Shown here: positions 12,961 to 25,324 of the stretch, in pieces | Layout of the letters: each line of letters opens with the position of its first letter | Position numbering within the stretch: position 1 is the first letter of the stretch | Assembly: GCF_004010195.1 (NCBI RefSeq) | Contig: NC_057752.1 | Location: forward strand, 7,216,063-7,280,062 | Reading direction: 5' to 3' | DNA: 64,000 bases | DNA from: Chiloscyllium plagiosum | Taxonomy: Eukaryota | The notes under the pieces: generated by a model | The model's database searches: none | Told to the model about the DNA's origin: nothing | The model's input: the letters and a program-made list of their open reading frames with translations, nothing else | Position numbers and translations under genes: made by a program

Positions 12961-13811
12961 TGAAGAAGTATATAAAACAAACACCCAATTAAGCCATAGA
13001 CTGGCCACAAAGCATTTCCCAACTGCGCATTTACAGTACCATCAATAAGAATCTGAAAAAACAAGGGGTGTGGACAATCTAAAACCAGTGTATTGTGGAT
13101 CTGGATTCATAGCACAAAATAATTCACTAAGTTAAATTCTCAAAAGCCAGAAGGACAACTGTCAAAGGAAAGTTCACACTGGTGCAAGTATGAATTAATG
13201 CACCTTCTTCTATCAGAAAAGAACCCTACCTGGAAACTCCCATAGCAATAATGTGACAAAACAGCAATGTCCCATTATTCAACACTGGCACCCTTCATCA
13301 TTATGCCAACAAAACAATTCACTAAGGAAAATATGAAAATAAAAAAAGAGCACAATGTGGCAATGCAATTTTGTGAAATACCATTCTACCTGCACGTGAT
13401 ACGTTCCTATCTGCAGTTACGTTCATTGCAAGGAGTTGCAAATAGTGGTCTAAAACAAAAGCTTAAAAAATTGTTCTTGGTAAAAAAGGATTTTAAAAAA
13501 TCAGATGGCACGGCATACTAGGGGTACGCTTGCTTCTTTCATAGTTAAAAGCACATGCAATTGCGACTGTTAAAACTTAAAATTTTGCACCAATGTTACT
13601 TGGATCACTGCAATTTGCATGCAAATGGTGAAGCAGTTTGCCTTTACTTGGGAAATATGCCTAGCTTGCTGGTATCATAGTACAACATCTCCAAGCCTTT
13701 AGTGCCCTGCAAAACTAGGCCAATTTCACAAAGCACGATACACAGTTATACCCCCTACCAAATGGAGAAAAATATGGATGAAGAGTGAGGGATCAGGAAA
13801 TTATACTTTAA

Positions 13812-14370
13812 ACTGGAGCAGGTGCAGTAAGATTTAGAACGATGATACCACAACTGCGAGGATTTTCCCCTCATGAAAACATGAAGGGAGAATGCTGATG
13901 GGTGACCGAAGAAGAGTTGTTTTTTGAAGAAAATGAAAAGTTTTGTTAAAGTGGATACAGAGAGTGTGTTTCCTTGTGGGGAAGAGGAAGTCTAGGGGCC
14001 ATCAATATAAATCACCAAGAAATCTAATAGGGAACTCAGAAGAAACCTCTTCACTTGGGAAGTGGGAACGAGGGGAGGCAGTCGCCTAGTGGTATTATCG
14101 CTGGACTGTTAATCCAGAGACCCAGGTAATGTTCTGGGGACCTGGGGTTCAAATCCTGGCCTAGCCAGAGACGTTCACATCCCATGAATGAATTAAAAAA
14201 ACCTCAATACCACAGGGAGCAGCTGAGGCAAAATATTACAGAGAAACTTAAGGGAAGGTTAGTTAAGCACTAAGCAAGAAAGGGAACAGAGGGCTATGAT
14301 GATTGAACTAAACGAGAAAAGATAGGAGAAAACTCAAATGGAACATAAACACCAACATGGACTGGTTGGG
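13812..14370 (+). mobile_element. Old CR1 3' fragment containing a short SINE
   Basis: Decayed ctggagcaggtgcag..gatttagaacgatgatacca and tail catggactggttggg. Confidence 0.55.
14072..14200 (+). mobile_element. About 130-bp tRNA-head plus tail SINE, same ends as the tRNA-headed LINE
   Basis: A-box-like tcgcctagtgg and B-box ggttcaaatcc, joined directly to tail tggcctagccagagacgttcacatcccatgaatgaat. Confidence 0.75.
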
Positions 14371-14592
14371 ACAAACATACCACATCGTATGCATTTCTAG
14401 ATAAATGATCTCACTACCCAGTACTGTTACATTAACTCTTGCTTGAGCAAAGTAGTGCAAGTAATATCACACCCAACATCAAACTGGACCATGTACATGG
14501 GTAAAATATTTTTTCCCCAAATCAGTCTATATGCTTGAACATGGATAAAATGTATTTTAAAATACAGAAATCATTTTGTAAATACCCCTTAC

Positions 14593-14799
14593 CTATTTTT
14601 TTATTCTTAGATGAAATAAATCCACCATCATCTGGCATGACTAGGGAAAGGGAGGTCGAGGTTTGTGATCCTGGAGGAGCTCGTGACCTAGACTTTGCTG
14701 TATTCTTTTGTTGATATGTTTTAGTAGAATGAGAGCTATGGAAGTTGCGGGGTTGGAATTTTGATTCTGCTTTACACTTTTCATCTTCTGTTACAGATT
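14593..14799 (-). CDS. SPATS2: SPATS2 coding exon, (E)SVTEDEKCKAESKFQPRNFHSS...GFISSKNKKI
   Basis: ttttcag|AATCT...AATAG|gtaag; 207 nt open frame, phase 1 to 1; Ser-rich linker whose phases fit both neighbouring exons. Confidence 0.85.
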
Positions 14800-15209
14800 C
14801 TGAAAAAGTATTGGTTAAGTGTCAGAATGAATATTGTCGGTAAAAGCTCACAACATTTTCCCCATGCCAAACATTTTTAGCTTCAGGATAACATGAGGTG
14901 TTCAGATTTCCAATATTGTCTCTATTTTATTTGTGTCTAAAGCTCAAAATTCAAGGAGGCAGACTTCATGACTTCAGCTACAGGTAAAGCAAACATCAGG
15001 ACTTGAAGTAGCCTGTCACGGATTCATAGAACACTTGTTTTAAAATAAGTAGCTAAAATGAATTTCAGCCCCAAAGTAACTCAAATCTGTACAATAGTGG
15101 TTCACTAATAAGGATCTTTTCTATATATAAAAAGGAGAAAACTCTGATGTGACAACAATCTGAATTCCAAGCAGACAACATATTTCAGGCATTTTACACT
15201 TATATACAG

Positions 15210-15428
15210 GAGGAGAAAGTGAGGTCTGCAGATGCTGGAGATCAAAGTTGAAACTTTATTGCTGGAACAGCACAGCAGGTCAGGCAGCATCCAGGGAACA
15301 GGAGATTCGACGTTTCGGGCCCAGGCCCTTCTTCAGGAATGAAGAAGAGCCTGGGCCCGAAACGTCGAATCTCCTGTTCCCTGGATGCTGCCTGACCTGC
15401 TGTGCTGTTCCAGCAATAAAGTTTCAAC
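15210..15428. mobile_element. Young fold-back Penelope-type mini-element (90-bp inverted arms, hammerhead motif)
   Basis: 15-bp TSD tacacttatatacag (15195-15209, 15429-15443); arms 15246-15335 and 15340-15429 with one mismatch (15348); GGAA loop. Confidence 0.9.
15305..15340 (-). ncRNA. Minimal type I hammerhead ribozyme motif
   Basis: Minus strand attc CTGAAGA a gggc ctgg gccc GAAA CGTC gaat: intact core, 4-bp stem II, palindromic ACGT stem III, GUC site, attc/gaat stem I. Confidence 0.75.
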
Positions 15429-16252
15429 TACACTTATATACAGTATTGGCAAAAATATTTAACCAGTAACATGCTATATACTACAACAACTTGGATAATA
15501 GATGACTGGCAGAGAGTTTTATAATTCATTCAAAGGGCTATGAAAAAACAAGCAAAATTCAGGTAGTTATAAATGCTGGCAAGACCTCAAGATTGAATGA
15601 ATACTTTAAATTCACTGACAACATCGTTATTTTTATATTGCATGTGTCTAAACAATTTAAAAATGTCAATTCCTAAGTTATATACTGTTGTCATGATAAT
15701 ATTAAGAACTTTTAGTACAATATTTAAGTAAAATTAATAATAGAGGACTTGAACATCAATAATAATCACAAAGCTAGTACTAGAATGACAGCAGAACATT
15801 TGGAGTTAAACTAGAATGGCATACACTAAACGTAAAGACCAAGTTGAAATTCACAAGTTACTATGAGGTCCTATGAGGCAATTTGTTATTACCCAAGTTT
15901 CTCCATTGCATTAACTCTGTGGAAGTCAAACCAACTGTTACTATACATGTCATACACAGAACTAATAAAATTGTTGTTTTCCTATCACTTGTGAGGCTCA
16001 GGTGGTTGAAGTACTTAAGATAGTGTCTGTGTTATCATTAACAAATTTCAGTGTCATATATAGCCAAGTTTACAAAATATGGAACAGATCTTCCCCTTTA
16101 GCTTGGATTACAGAACAAGTCATCCCATTCTTAAATACAAATCCACATTTTTACAAATATTTGGGAGATTATGTACGTATGATTAAAAACAGAAAATATG
16201 AGTATTCAAAGATTTTAAAAATCAAATCAGAACTAAATTTAGATACACTTAC

Positions 16253-16523
16253 CCATTATACTATCGCTATCAGGAGTCATCAATTCTGAATCTTCCAGCT
16301 CTTGGGCATCCACGGAAAGGGCATCTAACTGTTCACTAAGAGAATCTACTGATTCATCATTTACAGATCCGTTGACATGATAACTGTTTATTTCGTCCTT
16401 CTCCCAAGAAGTTGTAGACAGTTCACCAGAATTGACAGCACATTTGTTGTCTGCATTTGTAGACTGCAGTTGCTCTGGTTCTGTTTTTACTTCTGCCTTT
16501 GGTTTAATCTTCTTCTTTTTGTT
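16253..16523 (-). CDS. SPATS2: SPATS2 coding exon, NKKKKIKPK...YHVNGSVNDESVDSLSEQLDALSVDAQELED...DSIM
   Basis: catag|AAC...ATGG|gtaag; 271 nt open frame, phase 0 to 1; YHVNG..ND.ESVDSLSE.L..LS.DA.ELED motif. Confidence 0.94.
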
Positions 16524-17629
16524 CTATGTGTTTTTAAACAAACAGATGCATAAACATTTGCTTTCAATGATTTCAAATTAGGAATTTTATTTTCTTCCAA
16601 AGTCATCATGTTTCTCCAGCAATTTCTGCTTTTGTTACTTCAAATGTTTCTTGGTTGTATAGGGGGGCAGATGCAAGACAAGATCTATTTACACAGCCTT
16701 AACTTACACCCATCTACATATACCAACACACAAATCTCAAAGCAGTCTTGCAAAGGTTCATCTCAATCACAACATTGTGTACGTTACCATTCCACACAGG
16801 TGTCAAATGACTATTCAGCTTGGAGGAAGATTGCGCTGTAGAAGTCAGAGTTGTGAACAGATCACTTTGCAGAACACATCCCTTCATCAGAGATCTGAAC
16901 ACAAATTAAATTCCTTCAAATGAAGAAAAACCTTGGTCCTTGCTGGATATGAGCCTCAACTTCAAAAAGGTAACAGGTCTTCACTAATTCCATTAGATTG
17001 AAATCCTCAAATTAGTGCTGGAATTTAATACTCAGTAGAACACTGACATTCACATCTCACTAAGCAGTTAATGCAGTGCAAGATGTACAATTTAGATTTA
17101 CAATACCCATGGGCCAGATTCAACAGAAAACAAATTTCCCTACAATTTGCAAAGCAACTGAAAGTCAGGTGTGTATAAAATTTTCAGCAACTGTCTTCTG
17201 ATGGAAATTTGAGAGATATAGGTTTCTAACTACTGCGTCTTAAGGGACAAACATTCAATCCCAAATAGGCTATTGTATAAGAGACACTCAGGTCAACACA
17301 ACCACAGACTGCCATGGAGAAGCTGGCTGGAGAAACCTTTGGAGCAAGTGGCTTGACTATTCATTAACAATTTACCAGTAGATGAAGCACACCTCAAGAT
17401 GCCACATACTGTACTTAACGAAATTGACTTATAAGCATTTTATATCAACTTTATACAGTTATGTACTTTTACAAATTTTATGAATGAAGTACATCTTTAG
17501 AAAAAAGGAGAACAAAGAAAAGTCAAGCTTATTTGTGAGTAGTATCAGATGGATGACATGAACAAATGTGAATTTAGTAGTAAAAGATGAAAAGCAAACT
17601 CTAGGGTGTCAGGTGAGGGTGATGAAACA

Positions 17630-17810
17630 AAGTACTATGGTGGATTAGCACTCTAGACTTTCATCTTTCAAGGCCTGTGCTTGAATCTAATCCACAAAAA
17701 TGGAAATAGACTCTTTGCTCCAGCTAACTCGAAGGTTCTATTTAAACAAATGAACCAGGGTGGACTCAATCCAGTATCTAGTTTCCCCAAGTCCACAGCA
17801 TAAGGCCTCC
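17630..17810 (+). mobile_element. Possible LF-SINE-like ancient SINE remnant
   Basis: tRNA-like start (tggattagcactctagactttcatct...ttgaatc) and ggtggactcaatccagtatctagt...gtccacagcataa, recalled as LF-SINE-like. Confidence 0.4.
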
Positions 17811-17822
17811 TCCTGAGAGAGA

Positions 17823-18133
17823 TAAGATTAGATTAGATTACTTACAGTGTGGAAACAGGCCCTTCGGCCCAACAAGTCCACACCGCCCCGCCGAAGTGCA
17901 ACCCACCCATACATTTACCCCTTACCTAACACTAGGGGCAATTTAGCATGGCCAATTCACATGACCTGCACATCTTTGGACTGTGGGAGGAAACCGGAGC
18001 ACCCGGAGGAAACCCACGCAGACACGGGGAGAACGTGCAAACTCCACACAGTCAGTCGCCTGAGGCGGGAATTGAACCCGGGTCTCTGGCGCTGTGAGGC
18101 AGCAGTGCTAACCACTGTGCCACCGTGCTGCCC
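17823..18133 (-). mobile_element. Full-length HE1-type SINE
   Basis: A box tggcacagtgg, B box ggttcaattcc, CR1-like tail, (TAATC)n end; possible TSD tgagagaga. Confidence 0.9.
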
Positions 18134-18469
18134 AAGAGAGTGAGAGAGAATTAGCATCTGTACAAAAATATACCTGAGGCAGGTAAATGAAATTTACATG
18201 TATTTTAATTTAAGCATACTGATCAGATTGTTGTAAGCTTGGGTAATATCTGCAACTGTGAAACTAAGTTTGCTTTAGAATCACAAGAGTAAAATTCTGG
18301 GAAGCTTGGATGTAACACTTGTCACAAATTCTTTCAAGGACAGACTGGTGAACATCAAGCAGGCACAGCCCATTAAGGGAATGGAAATTCCTAGCATTCT
18401 CACCTACCCCGATAACCTTTTACCTCCTGTATGAACAAGAATCTATATACCTTTACCTTAAGATGTTTA

Positions 18470-20876
18470 AGGGGGGATCCAAGATGGCAGTGACTTAGCA
18501 AGTCTGAGTCTATAGTGCTCCTCCCAAGACTTGGGCAAAGTGAGCCACCCGCCTCCACCACACTCACCAAATCATTTAAAATAGTTTTTACTCAATGTAA
18601 TTAGTTGCTCAGCACTAAATTTAAACAGTCTACTCTCCTGTAAAAATGACTAGGGGGAAGGGAGCCCGCAGTTCTCAGCAGGCAGGAGCCCCTCCCCCAA
18701 CCTCCCCAGCTGCAGCAGAGACGTCCGCAGCCGCCCCGGGGGACTTACCTACGGTGGCGAGCCTCACGGAAATAATCTCTAAACGCGATGCGAAGATCGA
18801 TGCCTTTATTGAAGAGCCCCGAAGCCGATGTAATTCACTCTCAGCCGCGCTACAAAAGCACGGCCGAGACATCGAGGAAATCGAACGCCAAGTCGGAGGG
18901 ACGGAGCTAAAGGCCGCGACGTCCAAGACCATTGCAAATTCGGCCGTGGATCGGGTCCGGACTCTCGAACAGCAAGTCTGGACCTTAGAGAATCACATTG
19001 ACGACCTCGAAAATCAAGGTCGTCGAAAAAATATTCGTTTGCTGGGCCTTCCCGAACGGGAAGGTGGTGGCCAGCTTACAGCGTTTCTCGTACAGTGGCT
19101 TCCACAGCTGTTAAATCTGGAGGCTGGATCAGGCCAGGTAAGGGTGGAATGGGCCTACAAGGAGAGGCAGATGCTCTTGGAAGCTTCCAGAAATCTGGGG
19201 AAAGATCCCCAAGCCATGATTTATAAAGGATCCAAGATTATGTTATTTCAGGACTTTTCCCCAGCTTTGGTCCGAAAGAGGAAGGCGTTTGACGAAGGGA
19301 AGAAGCGTTTAAGGGACTTAAACATTCAGTACTCCTTGCGCTACCTAGCTACGCCATGCTTCAGCATGAAGGGTCCGTGTATATCTTTGGATCACCGGAG
19401 AAGGTCAAGGAACTTTTGGACTCTCTTCGATAAATTGTAAGAGTTAATGGATGTTGTTCTGCCCTCCCCCCACCCCATTTTACCCCCCTTTTTTTTCTTT
19501 CATTACCTTACTGTTAAATATTATCTCCGGGGGGTGGGAAGAGGGGTTTATTTATTTATTCTTCACTTAGCGACTTTCTTCCCCCATATATATATAGGCC
19601 AGGGGGTCTAGTTAATGTAGATGGGGGGCAAGGTTGTTTTCCCCTGTTATTTTGTATTACAATATTTAATTATTATTTGCTGAGACTGTAATTTTATAGT
19701 CATATATGTTCATACATGATATTAACATTACCAAATATATCCAGGTGTTGGTGTGGGTGCTGGGGGCGGGCAGGATACTCATTGTTAATTCTAGCTCGGT
19801 AGTATACTTGAATTTTCTTTCTCCTATTGTGGGGTGCCTGGGTTAAGGGTGGGGCACTGGTTGGGAGAGGTTATGATGGGGTTTTGGAAAGGAAGTGATG
19901 CCTCCTGGGAATAAGGGGGAAGATCTCCGTTTAAATAAGTTTTATATTTTTTTATTTAGAAATAGTTTTTTATTATATTGATCCGAGTGTATTAAAGAGC
20001 CTTTATTTTGTGAATTTTATATGGTCTATGCTCGGGATGTTTTGGATAGGGTTTCTTCTCCCGAGGGGTCTCGGACTTGCCCGGTGATTATGGGTAATCG
20101 GTTGATTAAATGGTGCACCTGGAATGTCACGGGGAGTAATTCACCAATCAAAAGGAAGAAAATATTATCAAACCTCAAGAAAGAAAAGGTTGATATAGCT
20201 CTCCTATAGGAGACACATTTATTGGATAAAGAACACCTGAAATTACGACAGGGAAGAGATTATTTTCCATTCTCTCTCTCTGTGCAAGGAGAAATATTTT
20301 GGTAAACTGGGTGGCTGAGGGCCCTCATGGACTTTCGAGATGGCACAGAATAATTATGGAATATACTCCCCCTGACCTCCTTACAAATACGGTGCGCCAA
20401 AAAAAAAAGAATTACTCCATAAAATATGGCAGCCCTTCTTGAATTACACAAATACAGATATCTCGGTCATCCTAATAAGGGCCTTTATTTAATTGAGAGG
20501 GTGAACCTGGCTGGTGCAGGGCCCCTTAGGAGAGGAATTCCGCATGAATACAGGCTTTGTTATGATCTGATGTTAACACATTCCGAGCATGTATATCACT
20601 ACTCAATTTCTGTGTTATCAGTTGTTTTTTTTTCTCTTGAATAATGGAAGAGATTTAATCATACCCTCTGGTTAGTTGTAGGTTAGATGAGTAGTTAGTT
20701 GAGTTTTTTTTTCCCTCTCGGTATTTCCTTTTTTTCTGTTTGATAGATTTTGGTTATTATTTATTTAAGATTTAATTGCGTATCAATGTTTATACTTGGG
20801 GTTTTTTTTTAAGTTTTCTTTTGTAAACGTGTAAAAACATATTAAATTTTCAATAAAAATATCTTTATTAAAAAAT
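18470..20876 (+). mobile_element. L1 element with most of ORF2 deleted
   Basis: 5' ggggggatccAAGATGGC; ORF1; ORF2 start KWCTWNV.G then a jump to the C-terminus ...WQPFLNY...RAFI*; aataaa and A-rich end. Confidence 0.9.
18646..19440 (+). pseudogene. L1 ORF1 (coiled coil-RRM-CTD), damaged
   Basis: LENQGRRKNIRLLGLPE and FQDFS motifs; lacks the HRV..RPRP.LVRF segment present in the other L1; frameshift near the end. Confidence 0.85.
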
Positions 20877-20900
20877 CTTTAAGGACTCTGCTTCCACCAC

Positions 20901-21126
20901 TGTAGTGGTTAGAACCAGGGTGACCTTGTTGACTATGAGATTCTTGATTGGCCCAGGTTAACCACCCCATTCAGGAAAGCCCTGACTGACCAATATAACC
21001 AGGAGACTAGAATCTCCTCAGTGTAGTGGACTGACTCAGAGCTGGCTGACCATAGCCAGTATATTGTGCACAAGTAAATCAAAGGTGACTTGGTAATGGG
21101 ATACTGGACTCTGTGCAATTATTTAA
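20901..21126 (+). mobile_element. Solo LTR
   Basis: TG start, ...ttatttAA end (decayed CA); 5-bp TSD accac (20896-20900, 21127-21131); host CR1 sequence continuous across it. Confidence 0.65.
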
Positions 21127-21818
21127 ACCACCTTTTCAGGAAGAGAGTTCCAAAGACATTGAACCCTCAAAAGAAGAAAAAGACTCATCTCCATAATTCT
21201 GGCTGAAGATGGCTACAAACGTTTTGTCTTTTGCACACGCAGGCTGGCCTCCTCCATCAGAGAGACGGAATGTCAGAGGACTGCAGAGCTTCGATCTAAT
21301 CTGCTGGCTGAGAGACTCATGGATACTCAGTTTGGAGTTGCTCAATTGGTTTTGAATCTACCCATGTAGCAATGTAACAGCAAAATGGAGGAAGTCGTCA
21401 GTATGAAGATGGGACTTCACTTCTGCATAGATTTTGCATAAATCACTGGTCACTCTTATCAATATTGTCAGCAATCCTGAAATGTTCGTGGCATCACTGG
21501 CCCATACAATCCTTTTGTGGGATGAAATGACTTTTCTTCCGCCAATAGATAAAAGGTCTTTGTCAACATTTTACACAAATGCACCATCTAAAATATTTTA
21601 ATCATTGCTCACAAATTTCCAAATTAGGAAGCCTAAAGATGTTTGGAAATTCATTGGGTGGTGGGTCGAAAACTGAATGTGGCAATAAATGAATGGACTC
21701 TGATTCAAATTTAGCAACAAATGGCTTGAGGTACAGCATTCTCATGATCAAACTGAATGGCAGAGTAAGTTTGGGAGCTGAATGACCCTCTTTGCCCTTA
21801 ATGTGGCATGACCCTTAC

Positions 21819-21868
21819 CTTTTTCTTTCCTGTTACACTCCATTCCTTGAGAATGTCTGCAGCACAAC
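21819..21868 (-). CDS. SPATS2: SPATS2 coding exon, (G)CAADILKEWSVTGKKK
   Basis: poly-T tract, tgaag|GTTGT...AAAAG|gtaag; 50 nt, phase 1 to 0; matches the LKEWxVTGKKK motif. Confidence 0.94.
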
Positions 21869-23096
21869 CTTCATTTAAAAAAAAAAGAAGGTGATGGAGA
21901 AAGATTGCAAGGATTATTCAAAACACATACAAATTGTTGTGGAGACTGACACTCAATGCTTGCTAAATGTCAATAAAATCCAAAAAGAATTTTAAAAGTT
22001 GAATCAACAATCCACTTGTGACAGATAGCAGCCTTTTGTAACAAACCAGTGTTCACAAGATTGGCAAATGAAAGATATACGAGAAAGATTTACATTCTTC
22101 ATAAGCAGGCATTTGTAAATTTAGAAGAGTTACACAATACATTTTACCAAATGAAACAATGCAATACTCACTGAATATGAGAAAGACAGTGATGTTTCTT
22201 TTTTCTTCAAAGCTGAAATATTATAGCTATTTCATTAAATAAGCTAAATCTGTAACTAAAACCCCTGAGTTAGCTAGAATAATAACCTTTAGATAATGTT
22301 GGGGAGTGGAGAAAGGAGTGTGCGTGGTTTACCTGGATTCAAATCCAGTTTAAAAAAACTCTTCTCTGCCTGTTGGTTGCAGGGATACTATCTGCATTTG
22401 GGCAGCCTCAATCCAATTATTAACAAGCATGGATCTACAAAACTATCCTTACTGTTGCAGCTGAGCTACGCCATGGACAAAGAAAGCTTTCCCTTCTTCA
22501 ATGGCCTCATCCGCCTCCTTGGAAGAACATACCCATTTCCCCCAATTCCTCAGCATCCAACACATCACCTTGTCACTTGCCCCAGTCATGCAGAACACAA
22601 CACACCAGGATGCGACAGTACATTCTGTCCTGACTATACTCTGATGCCATTGTCATTCCAGGCCCACATCCATCATTCAATTTTTCTGTTTAGAACACAC
22701 CATCATTAAACTTACATGATAGATGAAGCAATGGTGTGCACCTCCTATGGCACCCTGGGAATTTGCACAAATAATGGTTTGTCTTTCGCCATAATTGCCC
22801 TCTTTTTAAGTCATTCCTGCTAATTTCACTAATATTAAGATCCCCCTCCCTAGCCTACCATGCCGTGGTGACTGACTGTCGCCAAGCTCCTGGACTGTGC
22901 CTGTCACGGACGGTATCAGGACCCCTGACAAACAAGAGCTCCACTCTCCCTTGGCTGGACTGAGGTCTAGCCCCCGCCAGTTTCTAATATGACCATTTGG
23001 TTCAATAAATGTGGTGTGAATGCACATGCTCTAGGTGTCAGATTGGTCTACCATTCACCATGGTGTTCTCCTCATCCTGGACAGATCCCCGCTGAC

Positions 23097-23700
23097 AAGT
23101 TGGGAGGTCATGTTACAGCTGTACAGGACTCGGTTAGTCCACTTTTGGAATATTGTGTAGAATTGTGGGCTCCTTCCTTTCGGAAAGATGTTGTGAAATT
23201 TGAAAAGGGTTCAGAAAAGATTTACAAGGATGTTGCCTGGGTTGGAGGATTTGAGCTACAGGGAGTGGTTGAACAGGCTGGGACTGTTCTCCCTGGAGCG
23301 TCGGAGGCTGAGGGGAGACGTTATAGAGGTTTATAAAATCATGAGGGGCATAGATAGGATAAATAGACAAAGTCTTTATGCTGGGGTGGAGGTATCCAGA
23401 ACTACAGGACATAGGTTTAGAGTGAGATGGGAAGATATAAAAGAGACCTATGGGGCAACCTTTTCACGCAGAGGGTGGTACGCGTATGACATGAGCTGCC
23501 AGAGGAAGTGGTGGAGGTCAGTACAATTGCAACATTTAAAAGGCATTTGGATGGGTATACGAATAGGACGGGTTTGGAGGGATATGGGCCGGGTGCCGGC
23601 AGGTGGGATTAGATTGGATTGGGATATCTGGTCAGCATGGGAGAGTTTGGACCAAAGGGTCTGTTTCCATGTTGTACATCTCCATGACTCTATGACTCTG
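23097..23700 (+). mobile_element. CR1/HER1-type LINE 3' fragment
   Basis: RVQKRFTRMLPG...LFSLERRRLRGD.IEVYKIM; (atgactct)n tail. Confidence 0.9.
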
Positions 23701-23779
23701 GCTGCAGCACCAATGTGTTAACAGGTAAGGTACAGATTCTGAGAATATACAGGCAGGCACTGAGTGAGTGAGCGCTGAG

Positions 23780-24100
23780 AGAGCAACTCCGAGAAGCAGC
23801 CTGGTCCAATCCTTGTCTGCGCGTGCACTGTGTCCTTGCTGCAGCCTTTCAATGCGAGTTGCTGATGCGCCCACAAAGCAAGGCTGCACTTCCTGAGTAG
23901 CTTGCAAGTGTGTCACAATGGTCTTAAAGGGTTGGCAAATGCTGGATGCCAATGCTTGAGGTGCATGTGTCTGGTGCCCATGAAAAGTGCCTCAAGATGC
24001 TGCTTGGTTCCACGCAACATTGAGTCCTGTGGAGCAAGCACTAAGCAGAATTCGCCATGTATCTGCTCTGATTTCCTCATCAAGTTTTCTTGACATTTAG
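23780..24100 (-). mobile_element. Decayed RTE-like 3' fragment
   Basis: Weak similarity in reverse to the RTE C-terminus at 8200-8585. Confidence 0.4.
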
Positions 24101-24236
24101 CTTGTTTGCTGAATTTGGCAAGGTAGAAAACTAAATAGTAATAAGGTGAGTTAGGTCATTAACAAGCAATAATCTCTCATAACTTGCCACTGTCTAGTGA
24201 GAAACTTGCCCGCTGAGCAAAAGCATAAAGAGAGCA

Positions 24237-24331
24237 AGAGGCTCTTGTGCAGCGGTAGTGCCTCTACCTCTGAGCCAGGAGGTCCAGGTTCAAGAAGGAT
24301 CCAGAGGTGTACCCGAACATCTGAACAATTT
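24237..24331 (+). mobile_element. Short tRNA-derived SINE
   Basis: A-box-like gtgcagcggtag and B-box-like aggttcaag; similar to 25553-25651. Confidence 0.65.
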
Positions 24332-25324
24332 AAAATGCCTAAAACATGGGGCAAGATGTTCTTGACACTGAGATAGGCCTCAATGGGGTTCGTGCTCGAT
24401 TCTGCCACAAATCTCGCCATTGCCCACATTGCTGAGATAAAACTTTGCATATTACTATGATCCACATTCAATGCTTCGATTTCTCTTCTTTACTGTGAAG
24501 ATTTGTGCAGAGCATTGGCTACATTCTTGCAGTAACTAATAACTGTGAAACACTAAACCCAGTGTATACTGAGAAAATCCAATGGGGAACTTAGTTTTTA
24601 AAGCAACTGGAATGTGAATGTTGACATTTTTGTGCCAGTTTACATGGAAATGCTGGGACAAATAATTAGCTGAATTCAGCAGAGGCCAGGAATTGTCGGA
24701 TGGAAAACACACCTATCAAGTACACTTCATTTTAGGTGCAGTTTAAGTTTAAGAACAACATGTTGTGGGACAAAGTCTATTTTAATTTTTATTATGCCCC
24801 ATCATCAAAAGATTTATATAAAAGAATGACTACTTTTCAAAATGCAACTGGTAATGCCTTGACAAAGTGTGGGTCGTCATTCGTTTGAACCATGGCCTGG
24901 CTTGTATTTCAGAATGTTGTTTTCTAGCAGAGGAGAAAACAGGGACAGAATTATAAAACAAAGCACTCTGGCAACTGAAACATCTAATGCAGTCCAAGAA
25001 GTTGCTTTATAGGGCACATTTTATACATTCAAACAAAGTTAAACCAAGAGCTTAACTAAGAAATAAATTGCAAACTGTGTAGCTTCATCTATCCTACTTA
25101 CTGCATCATTGTAAACAAGTTTCTTATAGAAAAGGCTATCCATACTGCTCATCACTTGAATTTGCATTGTTGGTTTTACAGACCATGGGTCTAAAGGCTC
25201 CTGATCTCTGTGCCCTTAATTTCAAAGGTCAGTATTTGAAAATTGCTGCTATACATTTGGAAGTTAGTTGGATTTAGCTGTGACTGAGGGGGATAAAAAG
25301 TTATAAAACAAAGAGAAGTCTTAC

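Noticed and set aside
15242..15469. Near-identical ORFs on both strands (MKLYCWNSTAG...)
   Set aside because: A by-product of the palindrome; TTG starts and no recognisable protein.
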